A DNA stretch of 64,000 nucleotides. Origin: Adineta vaga (taxonomy: Eukaryota > Animalia > Rotifera). Of this stretch, positions 22,469 to 36,703 are shown in pieces (within the stretch, counting starts at the first letter, position 1; the number at the start of each line of letters is the position of its first letter). Both the position numbers and the translations under genes were made by a program. The notes under the pieces are model-generated. The model searched no databases and had not been told where the DNA came from. It saw only the letters and a program-made list of their open reading frames with translations. The stretch lies in assembly GCA_021613535.1 (NCBI GenBank), contig CP075492.1:15562001-15626000 (forward strand), read 5' to 3'.

Positions 22469-24083
22469 CAGTTGTTGATAATTTGATGTAGATTGTTTTT
22501 GTTTTCTTGTTTGGGTTGATGAAGTACAGAGGATCTCGATGAAAAACCAGTTTTTTTAAGTCCTAGGACTTTTTAGCTGGTCGAAAGAAAAAGTAGAAAG
22601 ACGAGAGATAAGATATATATGTTTATTTCACTTGGACGAATGCGACTGATCGCGACCAAGTCAACTAGACGAATGTCACAACATACATGGATTCGTCAAC
22701 TGACATATGATATTTTCTACTTTGTTGGAATTCGACACAAGATTGAAATGGAAAGTTCAGTAAATAAAAATATCATTTCATTACCCGTTATTGATAATGA
22801 ATATCCACCAATTAATAGATCATTCGCAATTTTGTCTTATTTTATGAAAAATATCTATGGAACTACGACTATTTTCTAATGGTTGATGTCGATACTTATA
22901 TTAATATTAAGAGCAGTTAGATTTCATGTTAAAGGAACTTACATGTCGTGAATGTTACATTGGTTTTCCAGCAATAGGTGAACGGTATGAACGTAAACAT
23001 CTCGGCCTCGTTCTTTCTTATTGTTTAGGTATGAGCTATGTGATTTCACAACATATTCTTCTGAAATTTGGTCCATATATTGATGCTTGTCGAACGTCCA
23101 CTGTTGCTCGACATTCAGATAATGAATTAAGACGATGTATATATATATATCATAATGTTCAGGGTTTGGCTTGTAAAGGTACTAAAAGCTTATTTGAACG
23201 TGTTATGTACACGGTGATTGATTCGAACAAAACAATTCAAGTAGCACGTAATGCTCGTAAACAACTTCAGATAGATTTTCTTGAATCACCACCAACTCGA
23301 TTTTTTCGAGCTGCTATAGTTCATCCTTTAAAAAAAGTACTTTTCCCCATCAATTTCATCGACATATGACTCTTGGATCAAGACCTATTCTTCCACATAT
23401 CTTTACTAACAATAGTTATGTAGCTAATCCAGTTATTCAACAAGAAATTTATCCTCAAAAGAAACTTATACTGGAATGCCCTTCACCAAAAATCATAGCA
23501 ACAATATGGAAGGCCGGATGGTTTACTACAGATAATTTAACTAGAAAACAGATGGTTTCATGTCGAAATATTGGTAAGAAAACTTTTGCATCATTTGTTG
23601 CTCTCTATCATCGAACTACATTTGAACCTATTCTCACATGGTTAGACACCAATATTAATAATTCATATGACTTTGTTTTTGCTCGTCTTGCTCGGTTGGA
23701 ATATCCTGTAAGAACTGCTATTCCTAATCTAGTAATTGCAGATGTAACGCATCCATCAGTTATTGGAGAGCATAACCATTCATCTTTTCACGATCCATAT
23801 AAACGAGCTCGTATTCATCGATGGAAACTTAATGACTATATGTTTACATGGTATTCTCGTTATTAGGAATATATCAGTATATTAGAAATAACAAAATAAA
23901 TGTTCCTCATACGAACAAAAACTTTTCCCCTACTAATGCATCATACTTTACATAAAATCATAATAAGTCAGTTTCAATGAAATTTGTTTCGATCGAAAAT
24001 ATGCTGATTATCTAACAAATCTCATTACAACGAAGTTAAATGATTATAATTTCGAGCAAAATAAAATACACAAATACAAAAAA

Positions 24084-26252
24084 TTACATTTTCTTCTTTA
24101 TACGTTCAAGATTTTCTTTTCGTATTTGTAAAATTGAGTCATCAGATGGTAATGACTTTTCTCCATTTTCTATAGCACGTTGTAAAAATGTACAAGCTTT
24201 CACATGATTATTCATGTTTTCATATGTTACACCGATGTTATTGAAAGATGCGCCAAAATCAGCATGATTTTGTGGTAAAGCTTTTTCTCGAATTGCAAGA
24301 GCTTTTTCATGATGTATAAGTGCTTTTGGATGATCATTCATGCTGTTGTATACTAAACCAATATTGTTGTATAGTTCAGCTAAATCAATATGATTGGAAG
24401 GAAGTGATTTTTGGCGAATTTCAAGAGCTTTCTCGAACGAACTTAGTGCTTTTGGAAAATTACCGGTATTGTAAGAGAGCATACCAATGTCCATGAAGGT
24501 TACAGTAAGTCAAGATGATTTGAAGGAAGAATTTTCTGATTAATTGCAAGTTCTTTTTCAAAATACGAAAGTGCTACTGGATAATCATTGATACTGACAT
24601 ACAATAAACCAATACTACTGTAAGATTTAGCTAAATCCTGCTGATTGGGAGAAGGCAATTGTTCACGGATTTTAAGAGCTTCCTTGTGAGATGAAAGTGC
24701 TCTAAAATTATTATCCATCTTAGAATAAGCCATGCCTATATAGTAATGTATATTTGCTAAATCAATTTGATTAGTTGTAGGAATTTTTTGATAGATTGCA
24801 AGTGATTTTTCGTAGAATGATATTGCTTCCGAATAGTTTTCTTCAATAGTTTTAATCCAACCCAATTGTTCATAAATAACTGCTTTTTTGTTCATATCCT
24901 TCGTTTGATCTAATAGGAATTGATAGACTTGTTCAGCTTTGTCGAGACAATTCATTTTAATTAAAAGTGCACCTAATCGATTCCAACCATCTTTCTCAGG
25001 AGAATTCTCTTGTCGAATATGATTTGTTAACACAACGAGATCTTTGTCTTTATCACCGACGAGCGTCAAATATACTTCTTGTAGTCGATTGTTTGCAGTC
25101 AATCGTTTAATGTCATTGATGCGAAACATTGTTGGCATTGAAAATAAGAATTCATCTTCTGTCTGAGAACAATTAACATCATGAATGGAAGCAAATGGAG
25201 TGCTTGATTGAGAAGGATCAATACTTATAATGAACATTATACCCACTGAATCATCCTTTGTCGAAATATCTTGAGCAGAACTAAGCGTCATCTTAGAATT
25301 TTTATTGGTTAATATAAAGTTATTAAACGAGATGAATCCACCTCGACTTTTCTTCAATTGTTCGAAATCGACTTTAGTTAAACCTTGAGCAAGATATACT
25401 GTAAAGGCTGCAGAAGGCGATTTTTGATTTACATATTGTTCTTGATGTAGTTGTTCTATCTGTCGATGAAGATCTGCAATAAAAAAACTTATACGTGTAA
25501 TTATATCTGGATCCATATTTCTTAATGCACGATTGAGCATAGGGGTTAAAAAAGAATTGTTTGTGTACCACCAGATCGGCGTTTGACTATGATATTTGCT
25601 TTCGAATTCTTTGACGCGAGTCAATTCTACGTCGCTGTGTGTAAATAGTTCACGGCAATAATCAACAAATTCTTTGATATGTTTTTCTTCGAAATTGCTA
25701 GTTAAGATGATTTCCTTGAGAAGATGAGTATACATGAAAGATAGATCTAATTGATCTAAATTCTTCGTCGAAGTGAGAAAACTAAGTGGTGTAGCACTTT
25801 GTTCATATTGTTGAACTGTTTGTTTGAGTGCTTCAGAGATGAGTGTTATATCTGTGAAGACACCTTTGATTTTCGACCAAATCTTAGTCAATTGTTCGTC
25901 ACGTTGTTTGTTATCAGAAAAGATATAAATTGAATCGATTTGGGCTATACCATGTATATGAGTTACGAATTGTTGTGCAACTGGAGCCAAAAATGACTAC
26001 ACATACTTTGATCTCGTTAATAGTCTGAATGAGTTCGATACATTGATCACTATCGGAAAATGTAATCATGTTGTAAATAGTATGTCTTATTTCTGCAACC
26101 GTCTGTTGCCAATCTTTATTGCTATTGGGATATAAACCGACCAACAAGACATTTCGAATTTTCTGAATATTAATAGAGCGTCGTTCAACACCATTTGCTA
26201 TTGTCGTAGATGATTGATTCTGATCTTTGATGCTTCCTGATTTTCCAGCACC
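24084..26252 (-). pseudogene. ART-like domain + TPR-repeat protein; two frameshifts and degenerate catalytic motifs
   Basis: Starts MGAGKS (myristoylation-like). PIWWYT...LNRALR. ART region TVYLAQGL / FNNFILTN / TEDEFLF. C-terminal TPRs (NHIDLAELYNNIGLVY). Frameshifts at ~25990 and ~24500. Confidence 0.8.
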
Positions 26253-26936
26253 CATTGATTTCCTTCGTTTTACGGTGGTAAATTTTCGTGATTTCAAAAA
26301 AGAAATTCATGGACAAAAGAATGATTACCAACCGCTCCTTATATAAAATTTCACTGCTATTTTAAACATTATGTTCTTTGTTACTATTGCATTAGTACAC
26401 ATTTTTTTCTCTTTCACCGTTCGTTTGATGTTACTATACAAACAATCGACATTAATGTGCTACTTTAACTGACGTCAACGAAATCCATGAATAATTTTCT
26501 TTCGTTCTATTTCGTATAGACGTCAGAAAATTTAAAGTACATATTAAACTAAATAGAAAAGAAATTGTGGGTGTGCACGTACGTGGGATGACAGAAGAAT
26601 AAATAAACTCCCACGCTCAAGGTTCTCACGAAACTATTTTATCCTGAAAGTAAACAAACATTCAAATAGAAAAGAAGATATTGATTTTCGTTGATCTTTG
26701 CAATGGTATGCATTCAATGAAATACCAATTCGTTACAAAATTTAAAAAAAAAGAATCCGATCTTCTACTTTTTTCTTATCTTATAATTCATTCGTTTAAT
26801 ATTTTTGATAAGAAGAAAAGGTGAGAAGACGAGGCAAGGAAGTGATGAAATATGTAGGAATCTGTTCTTGTGAATGAAAATAATGACGATTTCATTGGCT
26901 GTTCTTGAAAAACACTCATACGTATTACATTTTTAG

Positions 26937-29286
26937 ATGATAGAAAATGATGCTATAGAAATTTCATTAAATTCAAGCGTAGATCACATTCCAAATCAAA
27001 TTGAAACAATAAATCGAATCGGTACTCCGCGTGTTGCCACTGGTTATAATTCCAATGAAACTATTCGATTCTTCTCAACAAATCATGCATCTGAATCATT
27101 GAAAAATATATCAAATCAGATATTATTTGATAAGGAAATAAAAACATTAGTTTCGAAAAATTTCAATTTATTTTCTTCTTCTAACGATAATCGACATCAT
27201 GATTTCATTGAATGGTCATTATTCGGTAGAAACTTAACAAAAAAACGTGCTGAATTTCGTGAACAAATTGATTTATACAAAACTTATAATAACCAACATC
27301 ATTCCGTAACAAAAATGGTTATTGAAATTACTTCATATTATTTAGATGAATATTTAATTTCTCAAGAATGCTTTTCACAAGATAGAAAAGATGAAATAAA
27401 ATTTTATTTTCAAAAATCTATTGAAGAACAAAACTATCTCAAACGTTTTATTCAAGTTTACACATCATCGACTATTTTTCATCGGATTTTAAATAAACAT
27501 TTAGCTTCATATATATTAGATTATTTTCATATACCTTCTTATTCTTCTTCACCAACAAAATATCGTTTAATTAATTGTTTAGTTCATATCGTTACATTAG
27601 TTATCAATCATCCAGATATACATCTTTATGAATATAAAGGTATTACATATCGTGGTTTATTAGCAACAGAAGATGAATTACAGAATTATTATCTTAATAA
27701 TCAAGTATTAAATCGATCATTTCTATCAACATCAACGAATCGTACAGTTGCTCTAACATATGCTGGATATAGAGATAAGGATCTTTCAGAAGATACATTA
27801 GATAATCAGAATTCAACTCAAATATCTGTTTTATTTAAATTTTTAATTAAACAAAATCGAACAGGTATTGTATTCGACATATGTCGAACATACCAGATGA
27901 TGAAGAAGTATTAATCTTACCATTTTCAGTATTTGAAGTTAAAAGAAGACGTAAACGTACAAATAAAAATTCAACTATGTTAATTGAAATTGATCTGGAA
28001 GAATGTGTAGATGATGCACAAATTGAAGACACACAAAGGAAAGTAAGTAGTATTCATCATTAATAGCATAACATTTTGCATCGATTTATTCAGATGAATT
28101 GTTAGTGAATCGTCAGCCTCGAACAAAAGGAAGAAAAAAGGTCGCTACACAAAATATTTATGTATTACCATTGGTCTGTTCAATGTTAACTCTGATTGTA
28201 ATTATAAAAACTACCATGAAATCTCAATGAGTCAAAGAACGATGTACGAAGAAAAACTAACCGAGCAAACAATGGTCAAGATATTGAATCATCAAGTTAG
28301 TTAAGCGATACATCTTGCACTCTAAAAGCATTTTTTCTATGGTATATTCTCCAACGATTGTATTTTAATCCTTTTGTTTAGATCCAGTATGGAAACAAGT
28401 TGGAATAACTGTTGCTGGTGGAAATGGTCCAGGAAATCGATCAGATCAATTGTTTTTACCTGCAGGTATTTCTATTGATACGAGTGAAACAATTTATATT
28501 GCCGATTATGAAAATCATCGTATTGTTGAATGGAAATTGAATGCAACGAATGGACGAATAATTGTGGGTAGAAATGGAGAAGGAAATCAAACGAATCAAT
28601 TGAAGTATCCAGTGAATGTCATTGTTGATCAAGAAAATAATTTTTTAATCATTTCTGATGTCGGAAATAGACGAGTAGTTCGTTGGTCTCGTGATGATTA
28701 TATTGTTGGACAAATTCTTATTTCGAATATCACTTGTTCTGGATTAGCAATGGATAATAATGGATTTTTATATGTTTCCGATACCGAAAAGAATGAAGTA
28801 AGACGATGGAAACAGGGAGAAAAAGATGAAATAGTAGCAGGTGGACATGGACAGGGAAATCAACTTAATCAATTTGATAATCCTACATTTATATTTGTTG
28901 ATGATGATTATTCACTGTATGTATCTGACGAATACAATCATCGTGTCATGAAATGGACTAAAGATGCGAAAGAAGGAATTGTTGTTGCTGGTGGAAATAA
29001 TCAAGGAAATAGTTTAGCACAATTATTTTCTCCTCATGGAATAATTCTTGATTCGTTTGGTCAAATCTATGTAGCAGATTATTATAATCATCGAGTCATG
29101 CGTTGGTGTAAAGGAGATAAACAAGGAGTTGTTGTTGTTGGAGAAAATAAACATCTATTCAATCAAATACACAGTCCAGCTGGTTTAACATTTGATCAAC
29201 AAGGAAATCTTTATGTTGTTGATCATTGGAATCATCAAGTACAAAAATTTGAAATTGATTATAATGAAAATAATGCATTAGAATAG
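26937..29286 (+). CDS. ADP-ribosyltransferase (R-S-E type) + probable TM + NHL-repeat beta-propeller; one frameshift at ~27870
   Basis: TYRGLL, FLSTST, DDEEVLILPF. Donor gtaagt at ~28043, then a hydrophobic exon ~28095-28300. The NHL exon starts at 28382 (PVWKQVGITVAGGNG..., YIADYENHRIVEW). Joining the two halves into one gene is inferred. Confidence 0.7.
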
Positions 29287-29625
29287 ATAATACGAAGAAA
29301 TTTAGTTATTTTCTTCTTAATTTTCGTAAAATAAACAAAGAGAAGTAGATTGAGGGTTTAGGTGTTGGTTATAAAAGAGACTACGCCCCCACCTTGCAAG
29401 GATCGACGGTCGCTAATTTGCGAGAAAACTGTGTAGAATAAAAGCAATAGACATCAATCAAGAAAACAACGCATAACGATCGTATTGAAAAGTGATCTTT
29501 ATTTTGAAGTCAAAGTGAAAAGCACAGAAGCAAAAAGAAAGAAAAAAGGTATCTGTGAATAATTATCAGCGTAGATGCAAACGAGTGAGTATAAATGGTC
29601 AATGTAATATCGTTATCTTTATGAT

Positions 29626-32600
29626 CTATCTGGCAGGAGTAATGGTATTCGTTCGACAGTAGTTTCGAATCTTAAATATCATTCTGATTATAAGCGGAAT
29701 TGTAAATCGTAAAATAATAGTTAATCCTCCATATAAACCAAGAAGTTTCGATATTGTGTAAATAAGATAATCATCTTTTTCGATCACATAAGAACAATAA
29801 ATTGGAGCACATTCATTATAAAATGATGAATAAAAATTCTTTGCATTCCATTTCTCAACAAACAACTCATCGGCCATGTTTTGTACAATTGTGTTTGTTT
29901 CAAAACGACTTGTAGTAGTAGAATTAATAGTTGATACATCAACTTGACTAATATGTCTAGGTAGAGTCTTTCTCGCGATCATTAAGAGTCTTTCAACACA
30001 TGTTGAATCATAAAAACATTCCAATGATGAACGTAACAGAGTTTCAACAACTGAACATCCAACATTCCATCCAGGAATCGTAAATTGTGGATAGTTATCG
30101 AAATTAGTATGGATTCCTCCCGAATCAATACAATCACTTCGTCTTCCACATGAACATCCATTTTTTGTATAAGATGGAACAGTAACAATTGCATTAAAGC
30201 TATCAGTTGGTCCTTTCCGGTATCCCCAGTTTAAAGAGTAAGAAGATACAAAAGCATTTCCATTTATTATATCGCGTTGAAGTTTCACACTTCGAGCAAA
30301 TTTAGCTAAAGTCATTTGTTGAAATTGTAAAATGATATTATCAATTTGAATATCAAAATCAGATTTTAACATAATTTTTGTACTGATAAATGTTTCATTG
30401 AGAAATTGATCAATTGCATTGTTAATTATTGTTTGAGAAATTGTACATAATGTCATGAGAAATGTAAAATAGCTACCACCACGTACACGAATATCACGTT
30501 GATGATATTCATACAACTTTATATTACCAAACAAATATTGACTCCATCGCCTTATGCTAATCGAATCATTTGAACAGATATCATGAAAAATTGGATCGAA
30601 TTCAATAAAATATTTATATTCAATAGCTATTTTACTGCAAGGACATGTCAATGTTTTGTTATTAGCCATTAATAAATTATTGAATTCTTCTTCCGAAGGA
30701 TTTGAAATATATATATTTGTAATTCTCGTTGAAAATATTGTATAGATGCTTATAATACATACAGATATTAATAAAACCAATAAATAAATTCTTGTTGATA
30801 TTCGTTCACGACGAATTGTTTGAATATCATCTGATTCACTATCAAATATATTTAATATCGAACATTTATTGATCAATACATTTTTCAGATGTAATACACG
30901 ATTATATATGCTAGGGTTTTCTAAACAAAAAAAAGAGCATATGTTAATCTGAGTAGTGTGACATATCCTGCAGATCGGATATGCAACATTTTGTACAGGA
31001 TATGTGATACTACTGATATCACCTGACAATCGATAGTATTCTTACACCTTTTAGTACTTGAGAGATAGCTGATCATTTTACATTTTCGTCTATTCGCTCG
31101 TTTGAATAGGATGTGATAAAAATCGACAAAAACTTACCATGATTTATGTTTTGTACGATGGAAATTGGTGATCTTCTCTTATGTTTTAATATATAAATAA
31201 GTTTCAAAACGATCTGTATAATAAATGGAGAGATTAATCGAAGAATAATATTAATTCCACCAATAAGACTAATAATCATGGTGATCATGTAGATAAGATC
31301 AGTTTTCTTCTCATAAGTTAATAAACAGAATGATGGATTACATTTCTGATAGAACTTATGAAATGAATAGGAGTAATTCCATTCTTCAATCATAAGTTCA
31401 TTAAAGATTGTTTCCATTGAAGTATCCGGAGAATATCGACTAGATAATGTTGAATTAAGTGGAGTTGCGGAGACTGCGATAAAAGTATTTGTTCGATTGA
31501 TTAAGTCTTGAAGTTCATGTAAACATTCGCTTTTAAACCAACATATAATTGATGATTTTAATACTGAGTCCATAACAGAACACCCTCCATGTATTCCTTC
31601 CAGTGTCCAAGAGAAACATCGTCTACTTCCACCACTTACAATGCAATTATCTATAGTACAGGTTGAATCAAGAACACAATAACAATTCTGACCTTTTTCA
31701 TCTTCACTATAGATAGGAAATACTACCGGGTTGAAGTTTTCAAATACAAAAACCGATAGACCACTAAATAATTCTGAAAGATGAGTACTTCTTTTGAGAC
31801 TACTTAGATATTGATTGCTATCAATTAATGCTTTCGTTAAGGACATTCTATAGAGAAATTCGATTCGTGTTAATTGAATAAACGTATTTATCGATGTATT
31901 GATTTGTAAATCAAATTGGTTCTTTGATAAAAGTTGAGTATTAACAAAATTTGTTGTTAACAAACGTTCCATTGACTCTTGAATTGTTAGATTAGCAACT
32001 TTACAAAATGTTGCCAGTGTTTGAAAATATGATGAAGCAATTGATAGAAAATCCTGTGTATGGTAAAATGTTGCGAAAAGAAATAGTTGATACCACCATG
32101 GTTGAATGAAATCGCTTGAACATATTTGATGATATTTCACGTCTAATTCTATAAAATCTTCATACGGAACGGATATTTGAGTACAAGGACATGATAACGT
32201 TGAACTATTATCAAAATACAAAAAGAAAATCAACGTTGGGAAACAAGTTTCGAAAAAAAGTATTGAGGTTCGTGGTCAACAGATGGACTCTAAACTACTT
32301 GAATACCACTGAGGTACAGAGTACTAACCCTTACGTTTATTTCAGTTGTATGCAGAATTATTAAGAAAATCTTCTTTACAATTAAGATAATGGTTTTTCA
32401 AGATTTTGATATCGTACCTCAATTTCAGCAAAGACTTTTCTTCTAAATTTCTATATTCATCTTCAGATGGATGTATAATTCTTTCATTGATTATTTGATT
32501 TGATAATTGTGAAAATGTAATAATAATACATATTGTAATAAATAATAATAGGATATATAATCGTGTTGCCAAAACACCCTCATAAACACGTACTGCCTGA

Positions 32601-34119
32601 CGAGAATATTTCGTATATGCATTGAAGTTTATAATTTTATTTTTAATTTTTAAAAGTAGTTCTTTCAAACGAACTTGTATTCTCTTTTCTATAACAATAG
32701 AAATTGTGAAAAAATCTTCTTTTTTTTTTCAATACAAATCCTACCTTGGTTTTGTATAATCTGTTCTGATCTTTTACAAAAAAGCTTTTTCTTCAAAACT
32801 AAACCTAAACGAAGAAGAAGTGGAGTAATACTATGTAATACTGCTGTTATACCTCCAAAAAGACTGAAAAGATTTGTTAAAGTATAAATCCAATTAAACC
32901 GATGGACATAAATATAATTACAAATATCTGGTAAACATTGATAATAATATTTCGTATAATTGATTTCTTTGAAAATTTCTTCAATAAAAAGTTCATTGAT
33001 TAGATATTCAATTTTCGTTGTTGAATTAAAACGACTTGGAATAGATTGATCAAGAATTGAAATATTAAGTTGATTTTCATATGATGAAAAAAGAATATTT
33101 AAACATGATTGATTATAAAAGCATTCTAATGAGGACGAAAATGTCATTTGTAATGGTATACAATCAATTATTATACCAGATAAAGTTTTCTCCGGCTCAA
33201 GTACATTGAGATCATAGATGTCAAACTTTTCAAAAATTTTTTTCGAATAAATATTTCCAGGAATAGGACATGAACGATTCGATTTACAAGAACAAATTCC
33301 AGTTGAATGTTTCAATTTATATAAGTTACTATCAATGGAAATCAGATCAAAAGTACCACCACCATACGTATGTCCAGACTGGTCTATTTGACCAATGTAA
33401 TTTGTTAATAATCCTGACATTAATTGATTTGCTTGTGACAGTTCATGAACGATTGTTATTGATTGTCTGAAATTCGATGATGCCATGTAGCGTAAGAAAT
33501 CTAGAGCAGCTTGAACTTTAACTTCTAATGATTCTTTTGTCAATAATATTGAAGAAACCATTAACGAATTATGGAAATCATCGAGTGTATCCGTAGTTGT
33601 ATCCATTGCACTTTCACAAAATCCCTTCATTAATTGCCACATTGCACTCAAACTTGTTCGTACATCGATTGGTAAAGTATATATTAAATTCACTCGAAAT
33701 ACAAAATCAATCCATAGTTGAGAAATAAATTCACTTGAACAAACTTGATGAAATGATGGCACTGTTTCGACGAATTGTCCATAAGGAATGGAAATTTTTG
33801 AACATGAACATTGTAAACTATCAGAATATTTCTTTTGAAGATTTTTATACATAGATTGATTTGGTGATGGTACAGTTTTCTTTTCGATTCGTGCACTAAT
33901 CGAACTGTATGTTGTTAAAATAATAAGAGAAATAATAACAAGTACAATGTATAGACGCGTTCTTAAGATTTCATGACGAATAATCAATTGATCTGTTGAT
34001 CGAGAGTTAAAAAGATTCCATGTAAGAAATTTTTCACGTAGAATTTTCGATAACCATTGCAAAAATAATTTCAAGGACATAATGATACTTTCTAGAGAAT
34101 GGATCTCTTCAAAATTCAA
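29626..34119 (-). CDS. Large multi-pass membrane protein made of three tandem Cys-rich TM-ectodomain-TM modules (unknown function); module 2 interrupted
   Basis: Three homologous units, each with TRLYI..L TM, L.CPCS.ISI.Y..F, HQ(I/V)CSS.F, C.C...C, SSLECFY, RF...T....NELF.E.W, FY..C.P..C.Y and a C-terminal TM. They are linked by short introns (~32690-32745, ~30920-31136). An insertion sits at ~32205-32435. Confidence 0.8.
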
Positions 34120-36703
34120 TCAAATATATGAAATTAGAATTGTTAGATTCTCGTGTCTATGCTGTGAAATGATATACAGTATAAATCAAAAAACTGCGTG
34201 CTTTCATTTTGTTTTAAGGATATGAACTTCCTTCTTTTTATCAACACTAGAAGTATGTTCAAGCTTTACGTTTTATGGCATTCTTTGTTAAATATTGTCA
34301 TTGTTCTCTGCAAAACAAATTTTCACTTTCCCCAGATCTGATTATCAATAGAGAGAAGCAAATCTAACTAGTCGAATCAATGTATTTTGTTCGGTCACTC
34401 AACTCGTCATCAACCTTATCGATATATCTATAAAAAAAACATCCTCACTGTTCGACACAAGTAGCAATAGTAATATAAACGCTGTTAGATTCTTCTACTC
34501 AGAATACAATCCAGTTTTATGCTCTTTTCTACATAATTCTCATCAAGTAACTAAAAGTCAGCTAAATAAAACAATTAATATCTTTTCTTTTTTTAGCAGA
34601 GGCTGGCAACGAGCGATAACAGATTTAATGTAATTTCTTCTGCCAACATGCTCGCCTGCCAGGTGAGTTCTCAATCTGAACACTACACTGTCTCTGTTAA
34701 TGAAAAGAAGAAAAACACATGCGTCAGTGCATAAATTCATGTGCTATTTGATGGATGGAATGTTCGATGATGTCTTAAACAATCAAAGAAAAAACTTCGC
34801 ATACACATAGTTATTCTGAGTGAGATATGTTTATACGACTCGAGTGTTAAATTAGTTATAATGATTATACAATGTTTTACTCTGGTTATCATCTGATAAC
34901 AAGAACAGAAATGCACATCCAATGTCATTTTATTAGACTTAAATGTTCTCAAATTAATATATCTGTTATAGCTGCAATGAAAGCGAGAAATTCTATATAC
35001 ATTTTCAAAATACTGTAAATAGAATTTTTACTGAAGATATTTTAATTATCATGGGAGATGTCATTGATAGAATAGCAGATAAATAGCAATATAAAACATT
35101 ATATAATTGTATTAGACCGTTAACAAGTGATAAGGAGAACCAACATGGAACCAGGTTAATTGATTACTGTACGATGAAGAATATCTCTACAATATTCCAT
35201 GCACTTCACTGAAAAGATACACAATTGATTCGAATGTTATTTTGTAGACATTATTGCATTTATCATTTGTAAAAGTCCAGTTGCCGTGTTTTTCATCTAT
35301 CAACAAATTACACAATAAAATAAGAAGTGTGCGCAAATCAATAAGCTATTGAACAAGTAATTATACAATTAACATTCTTCTGGTGTTTTGTTGATAACAG
35401 TATTGTTTTTTATACAAATATCATTGTATCGAACAGAACTGAAATAGATAATTATACATACTTATAGTATCTTTATTTGTCCCTTCAATCAATTTTGAAA
35501 TGAAAATAAATAAATGTTGTAAGAATTGTTACACCTGCTCTATTTAGATAATGCAACTACATGAAAATGTCAGAACATACAGAAGACATAGTAAAAGTCT
35601 TTCGCGTATGACATCAAATATTTAATCAAAGCTCATCATTTGGTTTTTGTCACTTCGACGAAACTATTCAACATGTACTGCATAACTTCATCTATTGTTT
35701 TTCTTTTAATTTTGTATATTTTATCTAAGAGTAGTAAACAGACAAGTCACTTGTGACTGGATAGTCAAATTATCTCTTGAATTAGGCCATTGGCAACCTT
35801 TTCAAAAGTAAACTCTTTATCTTTGAACATCTTATATCCATTCAACTATGTATGTAGGCTTATTCAAAGTAGTATTCGGTTCTCACCCAAGATTGGGCCT
35901 GCCTACCACATGTAATTATTATAGTAAATTCTATTGATGGCAGCATGATCGACTGTTACAAGCGATTATCCAATAACGATAAGTGTAAACCTCATAATAA
36001 TGTATGTTGCGAATACGATGACTTTGTCAAGAACCAAATCACCACAATCAACTTTTCGGCGGCCATTATGTGCTTCTTTTCTGCTCATGATCAGTATCCA
36101 TTCGATTTATGTGGCAATGAGTCTCAATGGGATGTGATCGAGAATACAATTAAGCTAACTGTCGGTCAGAAGGCAGCAATAGTCTATCGTCAGACAGTAG
36201 ATGAAGCAAAAGATTAAGGAACGCAACACACCACTCTTGGTTTCTTACATTTTCAGCACATATTTACAGAGCTGCCAATCGTTGTTGCCCGCCAGACGGA
36301 GCAAATAATATCACGAAATGAAAAACCATCTCTATATGGATATCGCTCGCGTGTCAGAACAAAAAATAGACCATTCTATATTTAATCAAGATCTATTTCC
36401 TATCATGATCCTTTCTGAATTTAATTTTACACAAATAAAATCAACATAAGTTTTTAGCTAGATGGTTGTAGAATCTTGAGAATATGAATGTGGATGACAT
36501 TGATGTGCAAATATACTACTCACACCAACGAATGAAATAAATTTAAAAGATGTTCTGTTTCAGTGAACTATGTTGTTTTGTATTATAAAGTTGTTTCGAT
36601 AAGAGAGATAAAGAATCGAGACATGATGTGAATATTTTCGTTGTTTATCAATTCAACACACGTGTGTGTGATATGTGTCTTTGTTGTTTCTAACAGTTAA
36701 AAA

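Larger units (their letters stand above)
17445..22675 (-). mobile_element. Full-length non-LTR retrotransposon (LINE, Jockey/I-like), ~5.2 kb
   Basis: 13-bp TSD tcacaacatacat at 17432-17444 and 22676-22688. PolyA tail (T-run to 17467) with AATAAA just upstream. The 5' end starts CATTCGTC. Carries ORF1 and ORF2. Confidence 0.97.
17222..23866 (+). pseudogene. GT31 / chondroitin-synthase-N-terminal-like glycosyltransferase, split by a LINE and frameshifted
   Basis: The 5' part (TM ... LVNASQHT) at 17222-17444 resumes in frame after the TSD at 22689 (WIRQLTYDIFYFVG...EYPP). The DxD motif (YFLMVDVDTYIN) is in a shifted frame, followed by YCLGMSYVISQ and HSDNELRRCI. Frameshifts near 22843, 22910 and 23335. 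Confidence 0.8.

Noticed and set aside
35520-36380. Possible pseudogene around ORF 35945-36217
   Set aside because: Protein-like fragments but no identifiable motif, so no product can be supported.
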